Shown here: positions 50,101 through 62,100 of the stretch, in pieces
Layout of the letters: every line of letters starts with the position of its first letter
Numbering within the stretch: the first letter of the stretch is position 1
NCBI GenBank assembly: GCA_002633005.1
Contig: NMRA01000817.1
Location: 23,518-87,517 of the forward strand
Length of the DNA: 64,000 nucleotides
Direction: 5' to 3'
Source of the DNA: Phoronis australis
Taxonomy: Eukaryota; Animalia; Phoronida
Program-made: the position numbers and the translations under genes
Notes under the pieces: model-generated
What the model saw: only the letters and a program-made list of their open reading frames with translations
The model's database searches: none
What the model was told of the DNA's origin: nothing

Positions 50101-53100
50101 GATTAGACCTTGAGTCCAGGTCTCGTTTTGTAATCATCATTGTTGTCATCAGAATCTCATTAGTGACGATTGTTAATAATGACCTCGTGTCAGGTCCCTA
50201 TTGGCTGTGAGTTAATAATGACCCCGCGTCAGGTCCCTATTGGGTGTGAGTTAATAATGACCCCGTGTTAGGTCCCTATTCGCTGTGACTTAATTATAAT
50301 GACCCCCGTGTCAGTCCCTATTAGCTGTGAGTTTTGATTGCATGTACTTAATTGTTTAACAATTGACCAATAAAACAGTTTTTTTCTGATCATGTCGTTT
50401 TTGTATACCAGCTCGCTGGGTGGGACGAGGCGCGTGCAGAGCGCAAGGTATGTATGATTAGCGCATGTCGCGTGCCCGCGTGATTGCCGTGTGGTGTTGT
50501 TCTCCTTCGAACGTCGCGCAATGTTAGCAGCGTTCCTAGCTTAGTCAGGATAGATAACCATATGAGCGACAGTTCTCTTGTACAAAATCCCTAGCTTAAT
50601 AATACAATTCTGATCTCTGCTGAAGTTCTTATCAACCGCTCTTCAACTCTTACGAACTCTGTATTAAGAACGTTGTCCTGAAATTGAATCTCTTCGCATT
50701 GACTTCTGCCACGATTTAAGGACGCTTTGCTCGCGAACTTTTTACTTTCACTGTATTAAGCGAGAAACGTGTCAAACGTTAAAATATCAGGTATGGCGAG
50801 CAAATTCATTCTGGACATTAATATTTGCCATGATCAGAACGCTGGCGAAAAGCATACACCTAAGACTCACACGAGTTGTGTGGGATGTGTTCGGACTCTT
50901 GAGCTCCAGGAACGGCTGCCGTATTGGTTGCAAGCATGATAGACAGCACCGCCTTCTGAACTGGGCCAGAGCAGAAGAGAATCTGAGTTACAGTGTAGAT
51001 CTCGTAAGAGAGGAATTGTGTTGATGAGAAAAGGGCGATGTTAATAAGAACGCCCGAGTTGCTGCGAGTGAAGAAGGTTGCGGTGTTCAAACAGCAACAT
51101 CTGGACTGATGCCATGATGTACAGATGTGCGCAATTACATGCGCGCACCCAGCCTTTAATATGGGGGTCTCGAATTTCTGGCGATGTGGACATTTTGTTG
51201 ACAAAAAAGCGGGAGGACTAAAGACAAAAAAAACGGGGTACCACCTTCTCTGTGCGTCCACGACTGTTTAGTGGACTTTTGTCTCGTTTTCTCAGACGTT
51301 TTGTTTCTCTGAGGCAGACCTTTTTGCCCACTTCGTCAAATGGGGGCTCGTTCGAGCCCCCTCTGAGCCCCCCTGGGTGCGCGCATGACTTAAAAATAGC
51401 TCTTTGTGCATGAGTGTTTTGCGCTTTGCTGTGCACGCATGCAGGTTAAAAGATGACGTTTCTGATGTTATTTTCACCAAAATGCAATTCATGGTTATTC
51501 AGTCGCGTTTTCACGTTAATTTTAACAGATCTAATTAACTTACATGTATGTATGCAATATTTGTGTGGCGAGGCAGTTGTGCACTGAATTTATGCAACAT
51601 TAGTGTAGCGAGGCAGTGGTGCACTGTATGAACGCAACATTACTTTAGCGAGGCAGTGGTGCACTGTGTGTGCGCAACATTAGTGTAGCGAGGCGGTGGT
51701 GCACTGTGTGTACGCAACATTAGTGTAGCGAGCCAGTGGTGCAATGTTGGCAACACTAGCGTAGCGAGGCAGTGCTGTACTGCATTAAGGCCAATGTTTC
51801 ACTAAAGAAGCTCGGTTCCTAACTGACATTGTTATCAGCATTTGATCAATGTGTATTCTTGGTTGGTGACAAGGAAGGCCAAGGAATACGGAATATCGTT
51901 AAAATAATTCAAAGTTTCTTCGATGAATTGTATTTTTCGCGAAAATAGCACCAGTAACGAAGCGGTAGCTCTTCAACAACTGGTTGCAAGTGTTAGATGG
52001 CGGAGTTGGTGTGGTGCTTGCTTTGGTCAGCATTAAGTATATGACAGTTACATACATCGGCAACAACATCAATGCATATGAGTATACGTATCAAGGATCA
52101 GCGGGCGTTGAAAGTTCCGAATGTTTAATATCTTATTGACACCTGATCCATACATTAAATCGCCTACTTTTATTTTTTATTCGAGTTAAAACACTCGATA
52201 CGAAGCCTACACAAGCACTAATTTTGTAAAATTTAGGGCTGGAAAAATGATATTTTGGTACATTTGCAGTGAGCATTATGGCTGCAACTAGATTGAAAGT
52301 GTTGCACGATGAGCAGTCCTTAGCTGTAGTTCATTACTAGAGAAGTGTCTTCAGCCGATCGAACCCTGCTCATGTATCCCTTTTACTTATGCACTTTTGC
52401 GGTGCAGCACTGAAATAATTGGTGGGGGGCTATAGCCTCCCAGCTCCCCATGACAGACTACCCTACGTATGTGTACTCCCTCTCGTTGTGGTGGTGAACC
52501 TAAATTTAGTCATTAAGTAGCACATGGAATTGTTAAATCATTGTCTTTAATTAACAAGGGAACCAACAAAAGCAGCACGCCTGCAGACCGCGGCCCAGTA
52601 CCGAGACACGTCATCGTCCAAGGAAAAATCGTAAGTAGCTAGTGACGTCGATAAAGTTCCCTCAATAAGGGAGAAATCACATATTAGGTCATACCTGATT
52701 TGCCATTTTTGCCCCACCCCCCCCCCCNNNNNNNNNNNNNNNNNNNNNNNNNNNNNNNNNNNNNNNNNNNNNNNNNNNNNNNNNNNNNNNNNNNNNNNNN
52801 NNNNNNNNNNNNNNNNNNNNNNNNNNNNNNNNNNNNNNNNNNNNNNNNNNNNNNNNNNNNNNNNNNNNNNNNNNNCCCCCCCCCCCCACCCGCCCCTCTG
52901 ACATTATCATGTCAAACCTCCTGTCTAGCCTTTGTTTACATCATCACAGCCAAGCCCCTGTTTTTGGAAGAACCGACAGTACGTTGGAGATTCCATCTTC
53001 ATGATAATGACGAACTCAGTTACGTGTTAGTTGCATTTGCCGCTGTTGCGTTCAGCAATGAAATAAAGTAAACCATTTCAACTATCAAATCGTACGACGG

Positions 53101-56100
53101 TTGTGACGGAGATGTTCTAATCAACCACATGATGACGTCCCCATTAGACTATATTAGTAAGACCCCTCCTTCCAGTCATAAATCGTCATTTTTCCAAAAC
53201 CCCTCCCCCTCGAGTGATGATGCAATATGTGAACCGCTCTCACAAAGATGTTCGACGAGTCAGGTGACGCAGCCGGCCACGACGTTGGATTCGGTTTCTA
53301 AGATTAAATTGCAATCACATAGGTAAGTGGATTAAGACAGGGTTAAGGATTAACTCTAATATTATTCGACCAGGTTGAATTCCACTACAGACGCCGTCAA
53401 CGAGAAGATCAATACTAGTTACGTTGCACCAATGTTAGTCAAACAACATTGTTGAGTGTTTCGACACATAAGCACACAGAACTAACAGCTGTAGAAGGCA
53501 GCGGTAGTTAACTAGCGCCCCCTACTCATGAAATTGAGGGGTAGCATCCCCCACTAAAACGATCGCAGTGAAAAAAGCTAACGGAATGCTATTTTTGACA
53601 GTGAAAATTCATGACGATCAGGTTGCACAACTGGTGCTGACCGGGTGTGTACTCACACTTTCTTGACCGAAACTCACTATTCAAAATCTTCCGACGCCAT
53701 TGAACATAGATCCTCTAATGCTTGCGCTGTTAACATCAGAGGTGTATTCATTTGCAAGAATATATACATCCGCAACCTAACTACTGCTTCTTTTTAGAGT
53801 GGTACATGACGGTTTTAAAAAGGCTAAGTGGACTGAACGTCCGAAGTCAGCCATACAATTCCGGTAAGTGATTAGTTTCTCAGTGATTGCAGGGCTAAAT
53901 TTGTGTGCACTTGCATCTCAACTCACTAAGGCAGAGGCGGTTCTACAATTACTGGTTGAGACTTGGAATTTGCTGAACTAGCGCCAGCCGTTTAGATCAT
54001 TATGATAGCACATCGCTGTCTTTTTGGTCGCTAACCAGTAGGAAGGGGAGGGGGAGGCGACCGCCCCGTGCATCCATATTGCGCCGGAGGGCATCCAATC
54101 AATATAAATAAGCATGCATTATGAAATTGTGACGGATTCTAGTGAAGTTTCGATTTAATGTTTCAATTCTTTTAACTTTTCTTTGAGTATAGAGAGTGGC
54201 ATGATTCAATAACGAAATTGTCCAGGGCGTCACCAAACATATGCACGCTACTGCCCATAACCCCCCACCCCCTCCCCACGGAAATCATTACTGAAGTGAC
54301 CATATGGGTTACTCATCTATTTCATCATTCACGTAGATTTTAGCTCAGTGTGAAATACTGAGAAAGAAGTTATAACATGTCTCTATCGTCTAATTTCTAG
54401 CCATTCAGCCAATGGAGGCGATAATCAATCTACATACAAACGTGTTAGTTCTGCCAGCAGTGAAAGCAGTTTTAAGAGACCCTTATCGGCAAATTCACAA
54501 GATGGTAGTGAGAGACCCCAATCGGCAAGTTCACAGGATCGTAGTGAGAGACCCCAATCGGCAAGTGCACAAGATTGTAGCGAGAGGCCTCGATCGGCAA
54601 GTTCACAAGATCGCTGTAAAAGACCCCAATCGGCAAAAAGCGTAGCTTGGGCAGACGAACAGGAAGGCAAATATTTTACAACAAGCGCATCCAGCAGCCA
54701 ACTGAATTTGTCTGACGCCTCAAATATAATTATCCATTCCCCTGGGGATAATGACATCTCACTTTCGAAACATGATCGTCTTCAGAGTTCTAATGATGGA
54801 GTTGCTAGGTTCTTGCATGTAGAAGATACTCCTCTTTCAGTGGATAATGAAAATGTGCCGTATGTCACTACACCTGCCAGTGAAACAATAAACACATTTT
54901 GTCTGAGCAGGTCTCCCGCCAGGAAAACAAATATCCAGCCCAGTAAAGGCATTTTGTCAAAAAACTCGGCTTCCGGTAATAAAGACGATGTCTCTGACCT
55001 GAGAATACAGGGCACGGCCTGTGAACGATCCAGTAAAGTGTGTGTAGTTCGACCTCACACCGCTTGTGGCACAACTGTTCACAGGGCATCTGATAACAGT
55101 AGACCTCAAAGTGCACCATCTGTTAAGCATGGCTGTGATGTGGCTCTTTCTGTGGACAGCGGGGTGCAGACGGAGGCGTCTGATTGTGTCCAAGAGTGTC
55201 TTAAGACACTGGAGAACATTCAGAAGTCACTGAAGGCGTACGCCAAGCCTGAAGACCCGTATATAGACGCAGTCTCTGCTTCCAATCAGAGTGTAAACAA
55301 AGAGGACAGTGCCGCGCCATATCACCAAACTAAAACCGTTGACGTGAGCGTGAAAGAAGTCAACGGGGAGATCATCAAGACGGTCACTGTAGGGGAACAG
55401 CCAGCACCTGTGGCGACATCTGGCGACTATGTACTTGGGAAGGGGGAGAGTGTTATCTTCACAGACAACAACGGCCAAGTCCAGGCTCAGGTATCAAGGT
55501 AAGCTTTTGTCATTTAAGATAACTAGTGTTTAGTAACGAAGCTCTTCAAAAAACACTTTTAATTCAAGTAACCCCTTTTTGTCGATTCTTCGCAGTTTGG
55601 GACCCATTCTTTCGGTGAAAGTCTTAAATAGTTATATTTTGTTTATTTTCTCTGCAACGGTGTGATGAGGCTGTCAGTTACTCTTCAGTATTTTAAAGAA
55701 ACATGAACCTCTTCACGGGTAAAGTGCTCTAGAGTAGTGGATTGTGGGAGTTACAGAGAAATTATTTCGTTTGATGATCCACTTATCACTCAGTCAAGCG
55801 ATTCGGTTTGGCTGTCTGCTCATTGAATTTGATGACAGGTGCCAATTGTATGATCGTGACGTAATAGAGAGGATAGAGTTGAATATTCTTTTAAGCAAAA
55901 ATTTGCTTCCAATTGCCACAGTTTATTGCAACAAAGATTTCTCGGTTTTTGACAAACATATATGGTGCGGGACATGGTCATGCGAATGGGAAATAACTGT
56001 AGCGTTAAACACCGCCAGTTCCATACTTACTTCAGGGTGCGGTGTCGTTCGCAAACTCGTGTCCTCTCCTGTGTAAAAACAAGAAGTGCCGTGGTGTGAT

Positions 56101-59100
56101 TTAAAGTCGTGTTGTCTTGATCCCCACCAATATGTAGAAGATGTCTCCAGATGCAGATATAGACATTAGAAAGTCAATTAAAGGCGCGTACTAGTAGTAA
56201 CATGTCAGCGGACACAATCAATGCTTCCATGATCTCATTGTTGCTTAGTTCCTCATTTCCAAGTCTCATTGAACACTCAAAAATGGTGTATTTTAAAAGT
56301 GATCGCTCGGCAATAACCTACAGTGTACTTCCATTTTTGAACAAAGCAGTAAAAACGTCGTTGTAAGAGGTTCGACCGACTATTGTTGTTGTATTGCAGT
56401 ATTACTTTTCCTGATGGGGAACGGCGTGTTAGCAGTGAAAAGTGAGTAGTTTGGAGATAGATGTTGGGGTTTGAGTGAAACGAGTGTTTTTGTACCGCCT
56501 ATGTCCGTATTTAGGTCCATGCGCCAACATGCGAAGCTGCGCCTATATTCAGAAGTAGTCGAATGCGCCTATAATGCGAAACACATCAAGTTTCCGGTCA
56601 AAGCTGTTTCTTTGAAAAAACACAATAGCAACACATTTTCAGCATGTACGTATGACCTTAAATACGCGCACAAGCTGTAGTTCCTGTGTTTCAGCCCCCA
56701 GATACAGTGTACATGCATTACAAAAATTATCAAGGACTTTTCGGTGTGCAAACAAAATTACTGCTCTTTTGTAAATAGTCGTTTTACTAATTTCAGCGTG
56801 GTTTGCTATGACGGAGATCGAAGGCGACCGCACAGTGCCAGGTAACACAAGACAACTGTATAATGTGCTTCGTACTGATTGCCAACGTCAAGAGAATACC
56901 TAACTCGTTGTTTCGCAGTGATACACCGTATCGTACCTCTTAAAACAGATCTCGGCAATATTAGGTTTCCAGCGTCTACTCTTCTAACTTGCATGAATTT
57001 GCATTTTTCATCTACTGTTTTCTCTTTCAAGAACTTTTAAGATCACATTTACACACAGCACAATGCATTATCTGTTTTCGAATCGATCAGCCATTCCCTG
57101 TTTGTCTACACGCTCTACCGTCCTCTGTGTTAACTAGGCATGCCTGTAACTTTCCAGAGTCGCCGAAGGCAGTAGCGCCCTCAGTCGGTCCATGAGGTAA
57201 GTGTTTGGCATGCAAGGGAATTTCAGTACTGGATGCTGAAACATGACTGTTTTAAATGCTCAAAGCATGTTTTTTTGTCATTAGTAAAATATTCTGTTAA
57301 AGAAATGGTGTCTGTCAAATCAATTCTCGACATACATCATTATGGGAACTATGCGTTTAAGGAAATCTGAAGCAGTTAGCATAAAAACCAACAAGTATTG
57401 AGAAAAAGTGTTCCATTATGTTTCAATTTCCTGCATTATTTACAAATTTTCGGTGCTTCAAGCCATAGAATAGATATCATGATGTATTTATGTCCGTTCA
57501 GTTAAGCTGATGAAGTCGTGAGACGCCTCGCAGTCAGTCCCAAGAGCCTTGACTCTTAGACGTATTACCACGTCGGGCAAAGATTGTGCCGCTGACCCGG
57601 GAAACAATATTTGTTGCTCTCGGGGGAATAATAATTTGTGAATTTGAGGCGACCGGGGAGACTGACTGGTCAAACTACTGTGGCGGCGGCAGGGAGCAGA
57701 ATTGTGCTCACTAGCACTCTGCCACCACAGTGCAACAATAGCCCAGGGCCCGGAGAAACCTGTGTCCGACACTTATTTCTTTTACACTTTTTGGACTAGT
57801 TTTTACTTCGCACATCGCAGTTTCCATCGACTGTCTCAGGATGTTGCGTAGTACTGGTATGAGTAATTGGCCATCTTGAACTTATGAACTTTTGGGTTTG
57901 AGAACTGCGAGCGCTGTGAAGAGAACATCTATAACTTATGAGCTTCCTTCATTACTCGTGATTTTCATAAATAAAATAGTGTTTGGGGCGCAAACGCTGG
58001 CAACCAAGACTCAAGTGTGTGTAATTGATTCACACTAGGTTACGAAACTTAATCCAGTGGCTAAGAAAATTTCATTCTACATCTAATAGTGCAATATGAC
58101 ACGTTGACTATTCTCCGAGTCGAGAAACAAAGTTAGTTTGAACGGTGCTGCGTTGATTCGTCTAGATTCACTCCGTCCTTCGTGTAGAAAGTTCACAACG
58201 GCTGTGGCATATTTGCAGGAAAATGTATCGACGTCGCGCCAATCGTCCATCGTCTGCGAATTCCAACACCACGGAGAAGATTAAAAGTGGTGCAACGTCA
58301 CACCAGGATCTGTTTGAGTAAGTTTTCGTCGGCATTAGTTTGATTGTGTGGTCATCCGCGTTTTGTATTGTTTTGGACAGCTTGCATGTGAACGATGAAG
58401 ACGCAGTGAAGATACTGGATAGGTTCGGTTCCCGGCAACACACGTATTGATACAAAGCTAAGTAGTTTATCCCTGATTTTACAGTCGAGGAATATACCGA
58501 AGAACAACATGTAGCCTTGAACAGTCTATGGGAAAATGGAAGCTAATGGACATATTAATAAAAAACCCGTTTGGCCTCTCTTCGTCACCGTTGGAGGTCA
58601 TTAATTGCGTCTTAACGGTTTTCTTAGGTTCAATACATGCATATCTAAGTGGAAGTAGTATTTTCTTACTCATGTTGACAACCTTTGTCTCATGGGGATC
58701 TATTGTAAGCCAGTCGGAGGATAAATCAAGCTGATGAACTTCTGTCCTGAGGGTCGAGTCTGGTTGATATGCATGGCACGGTCATCCTCTTCGCACAAAT
58801 TCATCTCAACACGCACGGACCTACTGAAGTGGCGACTCTGTCGCTGTGTTCAAAACTCCATGTAGGTACGTGAAGTATTTGCACTATTTTTGTAGAAAAT
58901 TCAACTGGATGAGGATTGAGAAAATAAAGCGGCGAAAGGCAGCCACTTGCATACAGCGCTACATCCGGGGCTGGCTCGTTAGAACAGCCTTTAAGAATAT
59001 GATCAAAAAGGTAACTGGCATGCCCAGGTAGAAATCCTACTTCCAGTATTTTCAGTAGATGAGCCCACTCGATGAAACGCCCATGGGCTTTTATTTCGTG

Positions 59101-62100
59101 TTATTACTTCTGGTGTCCAAATAGTGGATCGTGTAGTCGGAAATTTTCCTCTTACAAGTCCACTCCCAGTCAACTTTTTGTCACAAATTCAGTTTTGTGG
59201 AGCACCTATTATTTGCAAAAACGAAAAAGTTGTTGTTGATTTATGCATTTATTAACACAAAATTTACAAACAGTTTTAAGTATGAAATGTCAAAGTCACC
59301 AAAACAATGACTTTCCATTTACACTCCCCCTTTTCCGAATAAACGTCTTGCCTTGTATTTGGTATTACTAAAACGCCTGGCAATTTTCATTTTACGCGCC
59401 CATGGGCTTACATGTATCTTCGGAATTCCCAGTACGAGCTGCTGAATCAAGGTGAGCCAACCAAACCGTTGTATTGAGGACGCAGCCAACTATTGACAGA
59501 GGAGCATGTAATTTAAAGCTATTCCTGTCATTCTCACTAAATACTGGTCACTTCTCAGCGTGCTCACTTGAAATTATGTAGGGCTTTCTAGAAATGACCA
59601 AATCTGGCAAGTTTTTGAACACCGTATCTCAAAAATGGCTGATTGCGTTCATATGAAACTTTTAGCTATCATGGTTTGTGCATTGTTCTCCAGAATCCTG
59701 TTAGGTATTGTTTTTAAAGTGTTCCATTTTTGCATGAGAGTTATCAAAAGACAAAACAATTATGATGTTATGAAAAAATTTAAAAGTAGTATAAAAGGAA
59801 AATGAAATGATAATTTAGAAAACTGTAACCGCGTTTTTTGGGCTTCGTCATGAACGTCGAAATTTTGTTATTGATGCGGTTGGTTTGCGTTGGATGTACC
59901 TTTCTATTTTGCTAAATCTCATTTTGAAAAATACCTGGTCCCGTGACCTAACTACCTACAGATTGGTATAGAAGTAAACATCAAATTCAACAGGCATTCT
60001 ACTTTCATTGAAATAACTTTACTCAGAGTTAAAACCTGTAGTTTTAAAGACTATTTGGCTGCGTGTCAGAAGGTTCATTGATCCGAAAGTGCGATAGTCC
60101 GAACTATCACAATAATATTACTAAATAAAAAGGCCCTATAGTCCGAAGCTCCGAAAAGTCCGGAGATTCGATTTTTTCGAAAATCATCAAAACCTAGAGG
60201 TCTCTATTGGCCAAATGTTTTGCGATCCGATGGTTTTGTAGTCCGAAGGTTGTATAGAAACGACTATAGTGCCTTCAGACTATATAGAGACACTGAGTTT
60301 TGTTGTCGGACAAGAGAAACTTGGGACAGCAGAACATTTGGACTATAGGAACATCGGACTATAGAACCTTCGCACCATAGAACTTTTGGACTATAGAGAT
60401 GGACCCTAATGCTCATACTTGTAATTAAGGTCCTACAAAACCTTAACTACTTCCTTATCATTGCAAACTGGCAACTTGACCTGTCCCTGGCTCTAAAAAT
60501 GCAATGTGTATGTTGTGCATTCTTGTATGCTGGGTGGTTAGAGCAACAGTGGTTGAAGGGCGTGCGTGACAATTTTCTCAGGCCTTTGAAGAGCACCATA
60601 AAACTTGGTGGAAATTTGTTGAAGAGTACAAGGCTTTGGTGGCGCGTATACAAAAGAGATACGGCATCAAGAAGGCGTCAACACCCTTCGCCATCAAGGA
60701 TGTTAAGGAATACATGCAACGGAAACACAGTAAGTGCATGCAGAGATCTTTACACTATGTATAGTCAAGCTAACAACAGGCATTAGACATTTACATGGTC
60801 GATTAAAATGATCCCCTCGTGCAAAATATTAGATATTAACCAATTATTTATAACTAAACCGTGTTTGAATTTTTACTTGATTGCGTGTGCTCGCACTTCA
60901 TTTATTTTTTATGGTTTTCAAAATCTGTCGTTAAAACCACAGTCATTTCAGTATACCTTAGTTTTGTGTTGTACGTCAAGCCTTGTTAATTAATTAATTC
61001 TTAACTAGTACTGTTAATAAGATGTTTCCAATGGTTATGTGCGTATACCCTATTAGGCGATTGTTTGTAGTCGAAAAGTTTTGTATATTTTTGTTTATTC
61101 TTGTTTGTTCTCCAAAATAAAATGTTGTTCTTGTAGTAATCTTAAACGTGTCAAAATCTAAGTTATCTTTTATATGTCTAGGGAGACTTGATTTTCAGGT
61201 ATGATGTATTATTAAACAAAAGTTCAATCGCAAATAGTAATCATGACATATGTATGTAGTATTTGACTATTATTTTATAGACTATGAGCAAGTGTTTGAC
61301 GACATGAGCCGAGGTAGTGGCAAGCTCGCCAAAGGATGCCTGCCAGAGTTCTTCAGAAAATGCAGCCTTTATCCTTTGGAGAGGGAAATTGAAGAGTCTT
61401 TCAAAGCAGTCTTTAACGGTGAGCGACACTTGGCACTGACACTCTTGTCCTTCCAATTTTAGCTTTCGTTTGCTGTTTGGGAGCAAATGTGAGTTTTGCC
61501 CTCGCATTTTCTGAACTTATCCGCATGTTTTACTTGATACCCTAAAGCAAGTAGCATTGCCTGCCTGATGCGCCTTGCATGTTCTTGTTAAGGCAGTGTG
61601 TATTTGAAATGAGAAAAGTTTTAGGCCTCTCCGTTGTCACTTTCATGTAGCAACGGTGGGAGCTTTTTCCCACAGTACGCCACCTTGCGGTGACTAGCTT
61701 CCTCTTCTCGTTTCTTTAGTAATAAAGAGGACCCAATCTTTTTTATAACCCTATGGTGAATATCGATTCTATCAATGCTGAAGACAGCAGAAAATCAGTT
61801 CGTCATGTCTTTTCTTTACAGGCTGCGGTACTCGTGCAGAAGTGGTCTTTATGTTGGACTGCTCGGCCAGTGTTGGTCAGTTCAACTTTAAGAGCATGAT
61901 GACGTTTGTGAAAGACATGGTGCGACACTTTGAGCTGAATGACTCAGCGGTCAGAATAGGGGTCATTCCCTTCAACGATGACGTATTTAGTGTTATTGGT
62001 ATAGACTCTTATGACAGCCGTGACATGCTGTTTGCGGAAATAGGTAACACCATCTTTTGAGCAACTCTGTTGCCAGAGGCCATTAACTTGGAGCCTCGGG

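Noticed and set aside
54412-54757. ORF-track peptides VRDPNRQVHKIV repeats (+) and SCELADWGLSL repeats (-)
   Set aside because: Alternative frames of the 36-bp repeat. Splice phase and continuity with ORF 54708-55502 support the RPQSA frame.
57505-57535. Hammerhead-like CTGATGA-AGTC-GTGA-GAC
   Set aside because: The required GAAA after stem II is absent (GCCT instead) and no flanking stems I/III are evident. A minus-strand CTGATGAG near 63862-63869 also lacks a canonical stem II.
58168-58850. Adjacent minus-strand ORFs in an intron of the IQ gene
   Set aside because: Broken by several stops, with no recognisable motif or splice support.
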